Part shown: positions 19,110-29,633 of the stretch, in pieces
How the letters are laid out: every line of letters starts with the position of its first letter
How positions within the stretch are numbered: position 1 is the first letter of the stretch
Sequence record: MW388002.1
Direction: 5' to 3' (one strand)
Length of the DNA: 64,000 nucleotides
Origin: Acinetobacter phage Mokit
The notes under the pieces: model-generated
Seen by the model: the letters and a program-made list of their open reading frames with translations, nothing else
Databases searched by the model: none
Told to the model about the DNA's origin: nothing
Program-made: the position numbers and the translations under genes

Positions 19110-19662
19110 AATGGGAAATATTAAATTAGATTTAGTTCCAAAAACTAAAGTTATTGAAGTTAATGGTAAGCAAATAAAAGTACCTAAGCTTGGACTAAAA
19201 CATAGAATGCTCATAAAAGACGCTTCAAACCATGAAGAAACTATGAAAGTGTTATTAAATTATATTCAGCCTAATTTGTCTTTAGCTGAACGAGATATAT
19301 TAACACTTCATCTATTAGAGTACAATGGGAGATTAAAACAATCTGTTGAAAAGGATGGATTTGTATATAAGCTCGATGATGTTTATATTTGCCAACAATT
19401 AAAGTTTTCTTATGGTGAGTATGAATTTAAATTTAGATCGCCATCGTTTGAATTGCTTAAAGGGCCATTAGATATTCTTCTAAATCAATGTTGTGTAAGT
19501 GTGAAGCACAAAGGCAAGAAAATTGATACTCCGGATTTTATGCAAATGCCGGCATTTGTGCATAGATGGGGAGAAATGATAACAAATACAGTCGCAATAA
19601 AGGGCCCTAATGGTACTGAAATAAAAGGATTGTATAAAATAGTGGAGCTATTAAGTGAATAA
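19087..19662 (+). CDS. 28: Baseplate hub distal subunit.
   Basis: 191 aa against T4 gp28 at 177 aa, in syntenic position. Confidence 0.6.
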   Translation: MGIVQEDKMGNIKLDLVPKTKVIEVNGKQIKVPKLGLKHRMLIKDASNHEETMKVLLNYIQPNLSLAERDILTLHLLEYNGRLKQSVEKDGFVYKLDDVYICQQLKFSYGEYEFKFRSPSFELLKGPLDILLNQCCVSVKHKGKKIDTPDFMQMPAFVHRWGEMITNTVAIKGPNGTEIKGLYKIVELLSE

Positions 19663-21361
19663 TACGTTTTCTCAAAATAAACTTCCGTCTGAGCAAACCA
19701 GTCTCAGACGAGCTCCTAAGCCTTCTGAAGACGCTCCGGCAAATGATGAGAATTTTGATACAGTGCCTGAACCGGAGGCAATTGATGGCGCAAGTATTTC
19801 AGGAATTGAAAATAATACTTCAGCTCAAGTAGAAGTGTCAAAACTATCATTGGGGCTTCAGGATTATCAAACTCAACAACTACAAGAAATAGCTAATTCA
19901 GCTGTTGAAATCTCATCAAAACTTAGCATACTAAGTGATCGTCTTAAGCAGAAATATGAAGCATCCATACCTGTAGCTGACGCGCCTATTGCAAATGCAG
20001 ATTCAACATCAGAGGTGTTAGCAAATAAATTAAAGCCTGAAGCCAAAGAACAAGTTGCACCTGCGCCTATTGAAATTGCTCCAAAAGAGAAAAAACCATC
20101 AGAAGATTTATTATCGGGTGGCCCTAAAGTAGATGGTGCACCTAATGTTGGGCCTGCATTAGTAGTAAACGCTATAAGTTCGGTCAAGGGTGCAATAGTA
20201 GAAGGATTTAAAAAGTCTACAAGTATCGCGGATAAAATTTCTGGGATGCTATTTAAATTTACGGTATCTCAAGCCGTAGGTGCGGCTAAGATTGCTCTAG
20301 CTATTGCTGCGATAATTCTTGGTATCGACTTGCTAAAAATTGCATGGCAGGTCTGGGGCGACAAAATCATGAAAAAATTCGAAGAGTGGACAGAAACTTT
20401 TTCGAAATGGTGGGATGGGTTTAAAGAATGGTCATCATATTTCTCTGACATGAAAGATTCATTTGAAGGCATGAAAGGCGATTTGACCGGCATTAGAAAT
20501 GCATGGGAATCCGGCGATTGGCCTGCATTAGCTTCAGCAATAGGCACTGCGTTCATAGATGGAATCAAAACACTTAGTGGAATACTTGATAGAGTAATTA
20601 CAAAATTAATCTCAACTATTTTGGATAAATTAGGGTTCTCTAAAGCAGCAAAAGCTATTGAAGCTGAAGGCTTGCAAAATTACCAAAACATGACAAATAA
20701 TAGATTGTCTCCTGAAAATCAGAGAAAACTAGCCGAAGAGCAACTCAGACGTGAAAAATCGGATGGGCTCACTCCTACTCAACGCGGTAAGACATCATTT
20801 TTACCAGACTCTTGGAGAAAAAGCTTAGGTTTAATTTCAAAGGATGAGTATTCGCAAATCCAAGCAGAAAAGAAAGATCAAGCGGCTCGTAGAGGTTTAA
20901 GCCATGAAGATCAGATAAAGGCAATTGCGGCATCAAATGAAGCAAGAGAATCTATAGCAAGATTTAAAAATATTGCAGATAACGTCAATCCAAATGACGC
21001 AAAACAAGTTGCAGAAGCCGATAAATACAAGAAAGAAGCACAACAGTATATTAATAGTCCAGGATTAGCGCTAGTCCCAAGTGTCAAAGCTGAATTGCAG
21101 TCACAATTAGATAATTATAAAATGAAGTCTAGTACAAATACTGCAGTTAAACCTGATAAATCTGCTAATACTAAAGATACTCAACTTGTCCAGAACATTA
21201 AAGTTGCAGAAGCTCAAAAGGCTGCAGCACAAACCAAAGCTTCAACATCCACTGCTAATGTTCAAACAAACATTGTTAAAACCAATAAGAGTTATAACGT
21301 CCAAACTCCAATAACTGGAACTAGAGCTCCAGGCGTATTTAGAGCTACAGGCGTCAATTAA
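19655..21361 (+). CDS. 29: Baseplate hub / tail length determinator.
   Basis: 568 aa against T4 gp29 at 590 aa. Ala-rich with a central hydrophobic segment. Confidence 0.75.
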   Translation: MNNTFSQNKLPSEQTSLRRAPKPSEDAPANDENFDTVPEPEAIDGASISGIENNTSAQVEVSKLSLGLQDYQTQQLQEIANSAVEISSKLSILSDRLKQKYEASIPVADAPIANADSTSEVLANKLKPEAKEQVAPAPIEIAPKEKKPSEDLLSGGPKVDGAPNVGPALVVNAISSVKGAIVEGFKKSTSIADKISGMLFKFTVSQAVGAAKIALAIAAIILGIDLLKIAWQVWGDKIMKKFEEWTETFSKWWDGFKEWSSYFSDMKDSFEGMKGDLTGIRNAWESGDWPALASAIGTAFIDGIKTLSGILDRVITKLISTILDKLGFSKAAKAIEAEGLQNYQNMTNNRLSPENQRKLAEEQLRREKSDGLTPTQRGKTSFLPDSWRKSLGLISKDEYSQIQAEKKDQAARRGLSHEDQIKAIAASNEARESIARFKNIADNVNPNDAKQVAEADKYKKEAQQYINSPGLALVPSVKAELQSQLDNYKMKSSTNTAVKPDKSANTKDTQLVQNIKVAEAQKAAAQTKASTSTANVQTNIVKTNKSYNVQTPITGTRAPGVFRATGVN

Positions 21362-21370
21362 GGTACTAAA

Positions 21371-22462
21371 ATGAATTTTAAAGAATTAGATACTAATTTT
21401 TTGGCAAAGGCTGGGTCGATCATTTCGGCCGGCCAAAGCCAAAAGTCTAAAGAGACTCAAGTAAAAACATTAACCGCACAATATCCTGCTGAACGTTCTT
21501 CTGGATATGATAGCACTGGGGATTCTAGAGAATTCGATCAATTGTATCAAAATGGATTATTGTTTACCGCATACGAGTATTCTTCACGAGTAACACCAAA
21601 CTTACGAGATATGCGTACTGCTATGCAGAAACAATATAACATTAGTAAAACTATTGAAAAGATTAGCACGGCAGTAATGAGTGTCCGTGGTGGATCCACG
21701 TCAACCGAATCAGATTTAGCAAAAAAACCTGTAGCAAACTTATTGTTGCCACGTTCAAAAAGCGACTCAGATATGACTAATCATAAGTTTAATGATGTAG
21801 GAGAATCGCTTGTTACACGTGGCAATGGTTCAATTACAGGCATTCTGTCGAACATGGCATCTACTGCCGTATTTGGGGCTATTGAATCCGTCACACAAGG
21901 TATTATGGCTGACAGTGGCGAGCAAATTTATAATACAGCACGTTCTATGTATGCCGGTGCAGAAAACAGAACAAAAACATACACCTGGGAATTTACTCCA
22001 CGTACACCAGAGGATTTGACACAAATTCTTAAAATATATGAAATTTTTAACTTTTTCTCATATGGTATTACTGGAAATTCTCAATTTGCAAAAGACGTCA
22101 AAAAACGAATTGATGATTGGTACAAAACTACAATTATCAATAAAGTAAATGAAGAAGTTGGAGCAAAGACTCAGAAAACCTTTATGGAATCGGTTACTTC
22201 GTTTTTGTCAAACGTGATTGTTGTATCAAATCCTACAGTATGGTTTATACAAAACTTTGGCACTCAATCAAAGTATGACGGCATCGCAGATATATTTGGC
22301 CCGGCTCAAATATCGAGTATTCGTTTTGATAAAGCCCCTGATGGGAATTTCAATGGTTTATCGATTGCCCCAAATATGCCATCTACATTCATTCTTGAAG
22401 TTACCTTCAGGGAAATCTTAACTCAAAACCGTGCATCAATTTATGGAGAAGATGTTCTATGA
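21371..22462 (+). CDS. 48: Baseplate tail tube cap.
   Basis: 363 aa against T4 gp48 at 364 aa. Confidence 0.8.
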   Translation: MNFKELDTNFLAKAGSIISAGQSQKSKETQVKTLTAQYPAERSSGYDSTGDSREFDQLYQNGLLFTAYEYSSRVTPNLRDMRTAMQKQYNISKTIEKISTAVMSVRGGSTSTESDLAKKPVANLLLPRSKSDSDMTNHKFNDVGESLVTRGNGSITGILSNMASTAVFGAIESVTQGIMADSGEQIYNTARSMYAGAENRTKTYTWEFTPRTPEDLTQILKIYEIFNFFSYGITGNSQFAKDVKKRIDDWYKTTIINKVNEEVGAKTQKTFMESVTSFLSNVIVVSNPTVWFIQNFGTQSKYDGIADIFGPAQISSIRFDKAPDGNFNGLSIAPNMPSTFILEVTFREILTQNRASIYGEDVL

Positions 22463-23337
22463 AAAATACTGCTATTGCATTGACATTAGACGAGTTTAAT
22501 AGTCAAATTGCAAATCATGATTTCCAGCGGACCAACATGTTCTCTATGCATTTTGCGACTAGACCTTCATCTAAGTCGCAACAGTATCTTGGACAGATTG
22601 CAAACCGAAGAGACGATAGTATTGCTTCTACGTTAGATGCACTAGGAATCACCAATGAAAATATACAAAATGCTATCACTTCAATCATAACTATCGGGAC
22701 ACAAAAGGTCATTCGAAAGGCAGGTGTATCTAAAGTACTTATGGGTGCGATGACAAATCGTGTAGTTCAGTCACTTTTAGGTGAACTTAATGTAGGTACA
22801 TATTTACTCGAATATTTTGATATGGCCTTTCCTACATCAGGCTTATTAGTTCAATCGTGTAAAATACCTGACAATCATCTAAATTATGAAATGGATCGCC
22901 AGCATAATGCTCCAAGTGTAAAAATCACAGGCCGAGACTTTGAGCCACTTGTAATTACATTTAGAATGGATTCAAAGTCTGCAAACTATCGTGCCATGAT
23001 AGATTGGGTTAATGCAGTAGAAGATCCTATTACTGGGCTTCGTGGGTTACCAATTGATGTAGAAGCTGACATTCAAATCAATTTGCACGGGCGTGACGGA
23101 TATCCACACACTGCATATATGTTTACTGGATGTATCCCTATGGTAGTAGGTGGTCCACAGTTATCGTATGAAGATAATAACCAAATAACTACATTTGATG
23201 TAACTTATGCATATAGAACTATGCAAGTCGGTGCAATTAGTCTGAATGCCGCAAAAGAATGGATGGAAAATTCAGCAATAGGCTTGCAAAAAACTCAATT
23301 GGATACAAATATGAACTTTACATCAAGATTGGCATAA
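22459..23337 (+). CDS. 54: Baseplate tail tube initiator.
   Basis: 292 aa, a gp19-like paralogue, downstream of gp48. Confidence 0.8.
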   Translation: MKNTAIALTLDEFNSQIANHDFQRTNMFSMHFATRPSSKSQQYLGQIANRRDDSIASTLDALGITNENIQNAITSIITIGTQKVIRKAGVSKVLMGAMTNRVVQSLLGELNVGTYLLEYFDMAFPTSGLLVQSCKIPDNHLNYEMDRQHNAPSVKITGRDFEPLVITFRMDSKSANYRAMIDWVNAVEDPITGLRGLPIDVEADIQINLHGRDGYPHTAYMFTGCIPMVVGGPQLSYEDNNQITTFDVTYAYRTMQVGAISLNAAKEWMENSAIGLQKTQLDTNMNFTSRLA

Positions 23338-23359
23338 ATACAATCATTAGGAGATACTT

Positions 23360-25441
23360 ATGTTAGATATGTTAACCGAATCACAATTAAATGAAGCGTT
23401 TGAAAGTGAAGATACTTATGACGTTATTGATCTTATGCCAAAGGCAAAAACTCCACAAATGTTTCTGCTCAAAGGTGAAGGGATCAGCAACTTAGTTGTC
23501 CGTTTAATGGGGCAAAAAGAAAATGGCGATACTTTGCGTAATTTATTGCCGACTGACAAAAATGTTGTTGCGTTTATTATGACACTCAACGATAAAGGTA
23601 ACTTAAGCGAACTCAAAGGTGGTCTTGGGGCAAATCCACTTAAATCTCTTGTGAGCATTTTTGATGCAGTTTATCATGCAATCAATGTGCCGATGGTACA
23701 AACAGTTATGTTCAGATTTCCTGCAAAGAAAATGGCAGGACAAGAGAAAAGTGTTCGTCGAATTATGGAACGTTTGATTCAAATTCGCGGAAAAAGTAAA
23801 TTTTCTGTACTTTCAGAATTAGCTAGTTATTCAGCAAAATATTCATATGTAGTAGCATATAAGAAAAATATCGAATTGACTGATATCCCTGGCGGGAAAA
23901 TTGATCAAGAACGATTTAAACGTGTGGACACTAAAGTTGGCGAAGTATATGTTGACAACGAGACAGGTAAAGAAACTTCTAAGGCTGAAGCTGTAGCTCA
24001 AGCAATTTCGACAGCTGTAAGTAAAATTACTACACAATCGGTTATTACTAAATCAAAAATTAGCCGACGTGAAGCTATGGCTGCAATGTATTCATCTTCA
24101 CAATTTAAAACTCACGGTAAGGTTGACCCGGATGTTCTAAAATATGACAATACACATTCTGTTTATGCAGCAACAGGAAATAAAACTGAAATTCAGCAAT
24201 TGATTAGTAAAGCTGATCTAAGTGAAGTAGGATCTTACTTAAAACAGTATGACCATAGAACATGGGATGAAAATTTCACTTCGGCAAAACATATAACACA
24301 CGTTCGTGATATGATCACGTCTAATATCAAAGAAATGCTTGGACATAGTTCGTCATCGGCTGAAGGTAAAGTCATTACTGCAAATGTTATTAAAGGCATT
24401 GGCAATATTGTTGCAGAATCAAATATCAAAGATTTACAATCAATGATGGTAAAAATTTCTGAATTTATCTCTGCAACAGAGTTTGGCGCAATTGATAAAC
24501 ATTCTAGAATCATGTTTGTTAGAGGCATCATCTCTGCTCTTCTTTCAGGTCCTATCGGTAGCAAAATGCGTGAAGCATATACGTCTAAAACTGCAGAAAG
24601 AGATATTATTCGACAGTATTCTAAAGAGCAAATTGATGCCATTGTTGCATATACAGGGTTTAGCTATTCAGATATGAATGGATTCTTGCTAGGACGCAGT
24701 GAATCAGACGGTGAAATGCCTAAAATTGATATGTTAGATTCTGCATTTGCAAATGGTACAACATTAGAAAAGGGCACAATTTTGTATCGTGGGCAACGTG
24801 TTGCTATTGGACAGCTTAAATCAATTATGGACAACAAAACGTTGTATTTCCGTAATTTTGTTTCTACTTCACTTTATCCGGTAATTTATGGTGCCTTTGC
24901 AAATGCAACTGCAAACATTGAACCTACTGCACAAGACCAAACTACCTTCACTTCTGCTGATTTAGTAAAATCTACTGCATTTACGGATTCTCAACGCAAT
25001 ATTATTGCTTCTGGTGATGTTGGTGACACTAGTATGACTGCATCAATTGCGTTGGTAATTAAAGGTGCTGATAAAATTAATGTCATTGTGCCAGGTGCGG
25101 TTTCTTCATATCCTAATGAATGTGAAGTCATTTTGCCTCGTGGGACAATATTAAAAATCAATAAGATTGTCGGTGAAACTGCTGATGAATATGTTGACAA
25201 TACAATACTTATGGAAACAGTAGTAGTTGGACCTGATCAAATTGATGAGAGTGAAGATTTGTATGACGGCGATTTATTCTTATCTGAAGGGAAATTAGAA
25301 AAGATTTCACCATCATTTGCAAATTTCTATACAAATGATGTAGAACTGAATGAAGCAGTTGTTCCGAATTCAGTCGAAGCTACAGAAATTTTATTATCGT
25401 TAATTAATCTTAAAGGACTTCCTGACAAGTTCTTGGATTAA
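23360..25441 (+). CDS. alt: Alt-like ADP-ribosyltransferase, by analogy with T4 Alt an injected internal protein.
   Basis: 693 aa against T4 Alt at 682 aa. The R-S-E ART triad is present: YRGQR, FVSTSLY, ECEVILP. Confidence 0.8.
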   Translation: MLDMLTESQLNEAFESEDTYDVIDLMPKAKTPQMFLLKGEGISNLVVRLMGQKENGDTLRNLLPTDKNVVAFIMTLNDKGNLSELKGGLGANPLKSLVSIFDAVYHAINVPMVQTVMFRFPAKKMAGQEKSVRRIMERLIQIRGKSKFSVLSELASYSAKYSYVVAYKKNIELTDIPGGKIDQERFKRVDTKVGEVYVDNETGKETSKAEAVAQAISTAVSKITTQSVITKSKISRREAMAAMYSSSQFKTHGKVDPDVLKYDNTHSVYAATGNKTEIQQLISKADLSEVGSYLKQYDHRTWDENFTSAKHITHVRDMITSNIKEMLGHSSSSAEGKVITANVIKGIGNIVAESNIKDLQSMMVKISEFISATEFGAIDKHSRIMFVRGIISALLSGPIGSKMREAYTSKTAERDIIRQYSKEQIDAIVAYTGFSYSDMNGFLLGRSESDGEMPKIDMLDSAFANGTTLEKGTILYRGQRVAIGQLKSIMDNKTLYFRNFVSTSLYPVIYGAFANATANIEPTAQDQTTFTSADLVKSTAFTDSQRNIIASGDVGDTSMTASIALVIKGADKINVIVPGAVSSYPNECEVILPRGTILKINKIVGETADEYVDNTILMETVVVGPDQIDESEDLYDGDLFLSEGKLEKISPSFANFYTNDVELNEAVVPNSVEATEILLSLINLKGLPDKFLD

Positions 25442-25448
25442 AACCGCA

Positions 25449-25476
25449 AAAAGGAGCCATTTGGCTCCTTTTTTGT
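25449..25476. terminator. Bidirectional terminator between alt and the convergent minus-strand genes.
   Basis: aaggagcca tt tggctcctt followed by a T-run. Confidence 0.6.
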
Positions 25477-25670
25477 TATAATGTACGTGCAATTCTATTG
25501 ACTTCAATACCATTAACGTTTTCATGCTCTATCAAGTTTTCGAGAAACCTGTCACGAGCGAAAGTACTATCAAATTCAAGTATAACTGCAGATGAAGATA
25601 CTCCAACACCATTGGCTTGAGTTCTTTTGCTATGGATTTCTAAAAGGACTTTGTACATGTTATGCCTCAA
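25476..25670 (-). CDS. Small hypothetical protein.
   Basis: 64-aa ORF downstream of the ligase gene. Confidence 0.3.
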   Translation of the reverse strand: MRHNMYKVLLEIHSKRTQANGVGVSSSAVILEFDSTFARDRFLENLIEHENVNGIEVNRIARTL

Positions 25671-27153
25671 TTACATTTAACGCTTCAGGGAATAAATTAG
25701 CCAATGAATTTGTCTCGTTTTTGTCATGACGTAGACGTTCGATTACTGGCAGGAATAATGAAACATATTCGGTACGTCCTTCAGCGGCAATCCAACCATT
25801 ACATTTGATTTCGACGACTGTACCAATAAGTTCATCTTGTGTTAACCAAAGTTTAGAACGATTTAGTTCATCTAACTCTTCAAATGGAATAGGAACCCAT
25901 TCACCTTTAACTTTAACTGCATTTGTATCGGTGAATCCAGAACCACATTTGACTCGAATTAAATTATCGTCTGAACGTAAGAATACTGCACCAAGTTTTG
26001 TTGGATCTTTACTATGTTCTTGAACTGCAACAATACGTAAATCCACCATGATTTCTTCTTTAAATTTAACTTGGTTTTTAGAACGTTTATTTTCCCAAAG
26101 GCCATCGGTATTTTTAAGAATAATACCTTCGAGTCCTTGTTCAACATATTTTTTGTAGATTGCTCGAGCTTCATCAAGATTGTTAACTACAGTAGATTCA
26201 ATTACTAATACACGATCAGAATGTTTGAATAATGCTTGTAGTTGTTCAAAACGGTTTTCATATCGAAGACTAGTTTTGCCGTCATAAATCACATCAAGTG
26301 GAACTAAATCCCAGACTTGGAAACTCATTGCATTAGCTTCTTGAGCTGAAATTGTACCTTTAAGTGATTTATTTGCTAGCCCATTTGATTCAGAACGAAG
26401 TACTACATTTTTTTGATCGGCTTTATGAGATTCATCAATTTCAATTGGTGCAGAAAACATTTCATCGACCGAAACTTTATTTTTTACAGGACGACTAACT
26501 GCAACTAATTCGCCGTCTACCATACAGGGACCATTTGCTGCACGATATTCACGTGTTGCTGCAATTAATTCTCGAGCTAAATTATCAAGACCTTGATATT
26601 CGTTACCTGCACGACTCAAGAATTTTACATCTGCAATTGATTCACCACGAATTTCAGCAAAGCATCGAGCACCATCAGCTTTAAGTTGAGCTAATGCAGG
26701 GAATTTGATAAAGCTTAATGCTTTTTCACTCATTGAAGAAGCAAGCATTTGTGGTTGAGATGGAATTAAACCTTTCCAAACTTTATTAGCTAGAGTTGCT
26801 GATGCTCCGCATTCAAGATCACGTTTAATAACTCGACGAATAACTTCCGAATCCCATGGTTGAAGTGCAGATAATTTCTGCGATAATGCTTGAATTGCAG
26901 TATTACCAGTAAAAACTCGTGTAGCTAAATCACGTTCAAGGAATTCAAGAACAGATTCAATTTCAACATTTACAAGTTTTGTGGCATCATCGAATTCAGG
27001 GATTTTTTTAATGCCATATTGAAGGCGTGGATGGTATGCCATACGATACACAGTTTTGAGTGTTTCATTTTCAGCATTTGCTTTTAGTATTGCCAGCTTT
27101 TCGTTTGTAGAATCAGTTGCAGCAATTGAATTTAAAATGTCTAAAATATTCAT
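25660..27153 (-). CDS. 30: ATP-dependent DNA ligase.
   Basis: KADGAR adenylation motif. The N-terminus resembles T4 gp30. 497 aa against T4 at 487 aa. Confidence 0.9.
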   Translation of the reverse strand: MNILDILNSIAATDSTNEKLAILKANAENETLKTVYRMAYHPRLQYGIKKIPEFDDATKLVNVEIESVLEFLERDLATRVFTGNTAIQALSQKLSALQPWDSEVIRRVIKRDLECGASATLANKVWKGLIPSQPQMLASSMSEKALSFIKFPALAQLKADGARCFAEIRGESIADVKFLSRAGNEYQGLDNLARELIAATREYRAANGPCMVDGELVAVSRPVKNKVSVDEMFSAPIEIDESHKADQKNVVLRSESNGLANKSLKGTISAQEANAMSFQVWDLVPLDVIYDGKTSLRYENRFEQLQALFKHSDRVLVIESTVVNNLDEARAIYKKYVEQGLEGIILKNTDGLWENKRSKNQVKFKEEIMVDLRIVAVQEHSKDPTKLGAVFLRSDDNLIRVKCGSGFTDTNAVKVKGEWVPIPFEELDELNRSKLWLTQDELIGTVVEIKCNGWIAAEGRTEYVSLFLPVIERLRHDKNETNSLANLFPEALNVIEA

Positions 27154-27182
27154 ACTATACTCCAGTTTATGAGTCTATTATA

Positions 27183-27845
27183 TCATACTTCGTCGATAAT
27201 GTTAACATAAGATGGCAATAATTTTGCTAAATAATGTAACCGAACTTCATTTAGATCCTTAGCAACAAAATGCGGTACATTTACTACTGGGCGAGGACCA
27301 CGTTGAATATAATATCGTGGAATATCCGGCAATACGCGTGCGGCAGATTCAATATTCGATCCTAAATCGTCAATAAACATTACAATATTTTGGTGTTTCT
27401 GTCTTACTCGCTCTAGTACTTTATCTTTACTTTCACCAAAATCACATACAAAAATGTCTTTGAATGCGCCAGGAAATAATGCGTTAAGGTTGAATAATCT
27501 ATTCATTACAGTTTCTTTATCTGTACCTAAAGCAGTAACTGCTACAAAATCCCAGTGTTCTTTCATCGTATTGATCATTTCAAGCGCATCATCATATGGT
27601 GCAAGATATTTAATAAAGTTTGATTTATTATAGTCTTCAACAAATGTTTTTGCAATAGAAGGATCACAGCCAAATAATTGTGATGGCGACATGAATTCTT
27701 CAGTTAAAATACATTCAAGAGCTTTTTCTGTTGGTATCGCATGTTTTGCCATGAAGTAAGGTAGCCCAGATTGCCATTTAACACATACACCATCAACATC
27801 GATTGCAACTACAGGGCGTGCGCCATCATTACGAGCAAATTTCAT
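27183..27845 (-). CDS. HAD-superfamily 5'(3')-deoxyribonucleotidase-like phosphatase.
   Basis: N-terminal VAIDVDGV (DxDG motif I), with NT5C-like spacing. Confidence 0.5.
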   Translation of the reverse strand: MKFARNDGARPVVAIDVDGVCVKWQSGLPYFMAKHAIPTEKALECILTEEFMSPSQLFGCDPSIAKTFVEDYNKSNFIKYLAPYDDALEMINTMKEHWDFVAVTALGTDKETVMNRLFNLNALFPGAFKDIFVCDFGESKDKVLERVRQKHQNIVMFIDDLGSNIESAARVLPDIPRYYIQRGPRPVVNVPHFVAKDLNEVRLHYLAKLLPSYVNIIDEV

Positions 27846-27858
27846 TTCATTTTCCTTA

Positions 27859-28350
27859 TTAGGTTAAAGGGTTATAGCCGTATTTTAATTCCAGATAACG
27901 AGAATATTTAGTGCGAATTCTATCAAGGTTTCCAATAAATTCTTGTTCAGTAAGAATAGTATCAAATGGATCGGATTTGCCTATGCTATGAATTAATTTT
28001 TTACCAAGAGTTTCATATAATGCCTTTTGGTATTTTTCATTTTGCACAAAGCAATTCATATACATGCGATGCAACAATTCTTGGTAAAATTCTGAATGTC
28101 TATCAAATGGGCGGCCTTGCCAATAAAGTGTTTGGTTTTTGATAGGGCGAATAGCACCTGACTTTTTAGCTTTGACGCCATCTAATGCAAAAATTTCTTT
28201 CTGGATTTCTGGATTCTTTTCTCGAAGCCCTTGTAAAAAGCCTTCAGTGGAGCCAAAGAAGATCTTATCCATTATGAATGGATTTTTAGTTAAATTGCTT
28301 AGCTGACCGGCTGGTCCTGCATGCCTAAAATATATGTCTATTACATCCAT
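27859..28350 (-). CDS. NADAR / YbiA-like (DUF1768) protein in the 30.3-like position.
   Basis: N-terminal YFRHAGPAGQLSNLTKNPF...FFGSTEGFLQ fits the NADAR signature pattern. Confidence 0.45.
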   Translation of the reverse strand: MDVIDIYFRHAGPAGQLSNLTKNPFIMDKIFFGSTEGFLQGLREKNPEIQKEIFALDGVKAKKSGAIRPIKNQTLYWQGRPFDRHSEFYQELLHRMYMNCFVQNEKYQKALYETLGKKLIHSIGKSDPFDTILTEQEFIGNLDRIRTKYSRYLELKYGYNPLT

Positions 28351-28416
28351 ACCATGTGCCTAAGTATTAATGATATATGAATATTATACCACAAATTTGA
28401 CAAGATGTAAACAGCA

Positions 28417-28440
28417 AAATGGGCTCAATTGAGCCCATTT
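28417..28440 (-). terminator. Hairpin terminator.
   Basis: aaatgggctc aatt gagcccattt. Confidence 0.5.
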
Positions 28441-28443
28441 ATT

Positions 28444-28812
28444 TTAATACGGTACAAAATATGATTCGGAACTCGGAATTTTAATATCGTGAGCCCAACT
28501 CATTTGTTTGTTAGCTTTTGCTGCAATGGCATCTTTGTACCATTTAGCAAAATTATCATATCCTTTTACAGTAATAGAGGAATTGTTACTTTTTTCATAG
28601 CCATCAGATTCAAGGTTGCGTTTAAATCTAGCTAACTGCGCTGCAGTAAACCACTCGTCTCTATGCTGGACACGTGTAATACCATCCTTTCCTACACGTG
28701 TTATTAACACATAAAATTTTTTGTCTATGCTTTCTGTCAAAGGAAAGTTTACTTCTCTTGCAAATTGAGAAAATGCTTTCATTTTATAGATCCATATGAA
28801 TTTTATTATCAA
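28444..28812 (-). CDS. Hypothetical protein. The true start is probably the internal Met at MKAFSQ.
   Basis: ORF only. Confidence 0.4.
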   Translation of the reverse strand: MIIKFIWIYKMKAFSQFAREVNFPLTESIDKKFYVLITRVGKDGITRVQHRDEWFTAAQLARFKRNLESDGYEKSNNSSITVKGYDNFAKWYKDAIAAKANKQMSWAHDIKIPSSESYFVPY

Positions 28813-29023
28813 TTTCTTGAAGTTTGGCTAACATATGAGACACCATTACGCCAATTTCAGTGTATACACGTTTTTCATTAGGTGTTTTTACGGTTTTTTG
28901 TTCTGCGCTTACATCTCGCAAAAATAATTCAATTTGTTTACGAAGATTTGTGCTTTTTGCGGTAAGAGCCGTTGCTTCATCAAGTTGGGTAGATTCCGAT
29001 AATACTTGTTTAAAAGATTTCAT
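28784..29023 (-). CDS. Hypothetical coiled-coil-like small protein.
   Basis: ORF only. Confidence 0.35.
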   Translation of the reverse strand: MKSFKQVLSESTQLDEATALTAKSTNLRKQIELFLRDVSAEQKTVKTPNEKRVYTEIGVMVSHMLAKLQEIDNKIHMDL

Positions 29024-29024
29024 T

Positions 29025-29345
29025 TTAATTTCCTATAAATTTAGTGCTTTGTAGAGGAATATGGATCGAGTTCCAGAGATTTCTGTACATTTCGACGGAT
29101 TCAATATGATATTCATTTTCTTCACTTTCTATGTGTGAATACTGAAAAATTCTATCGGTATTTTGCAAAACACAACTTCCTATAAGTTCTGTTCCGTCAT
29201 ATTTGAGAGCAGTTTGACCAAGCGCACGATTTGAATTAATTTTAACAAAATTTAAATCTTTGGCGCCTAATGGTCTTGGAGTATATAACTCGTGAGGATA
29301 ACCAGCATCGCGAGCATCTTCATATATTGAGCTAAATAATTTCAT
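29025..29345 (-). CDS. Hypothetical protein.
   Basis: ORF, tightly packed against its neighbours. Confidence 0.4.
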   Translation of the reverse strand: MKLFSSIYEDARDAGYPHELYTPRPLGAKDLNFVKINSNRALGQTALKYDGTELIGSCVLQNTDRIFQYSHIESEENEYHIESVEMYRNLWNSIHIPLQSTKFIGN

Positions 29346-29584
29346 TTAAGTGTTACCACTAAACGACGAACTTCTTTATTTGCACGAGAACACAAAGGCT
29401 TTGCAAATTTAACTGCATCAATAGATTCAATCGAGTCAAATAACCGTTTTTGTGCCGGATTTAAATGTTTAAATCGATCTAAAATTACTTTGGCTGCACC
29501 TAAAATGTCAAGCTCAGTGCCATAATTTTCATGACCTCTATTCCAAGCTTCGCGTTGTATTGCTAAGATATTTTGAATGTCCAT
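29342..29584 (-). CDS. Hypothetical protein.
   Basis: ORF with an ATGA overlap. Confidence 0.4.
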   Translation of the reverse strand: MDIQNILAIQREAWNRGHENYGTELDILGAAKVILDRFKHLNPAQKRLFDSIESIDAVKFAKPLCSRANKEVRRLVVTLK

Positions 29585-29633
29585 TCTATTTCTCGTTTAT
29601 AAGTTGTAGTATGAAAATATTTATAAACGAGAC

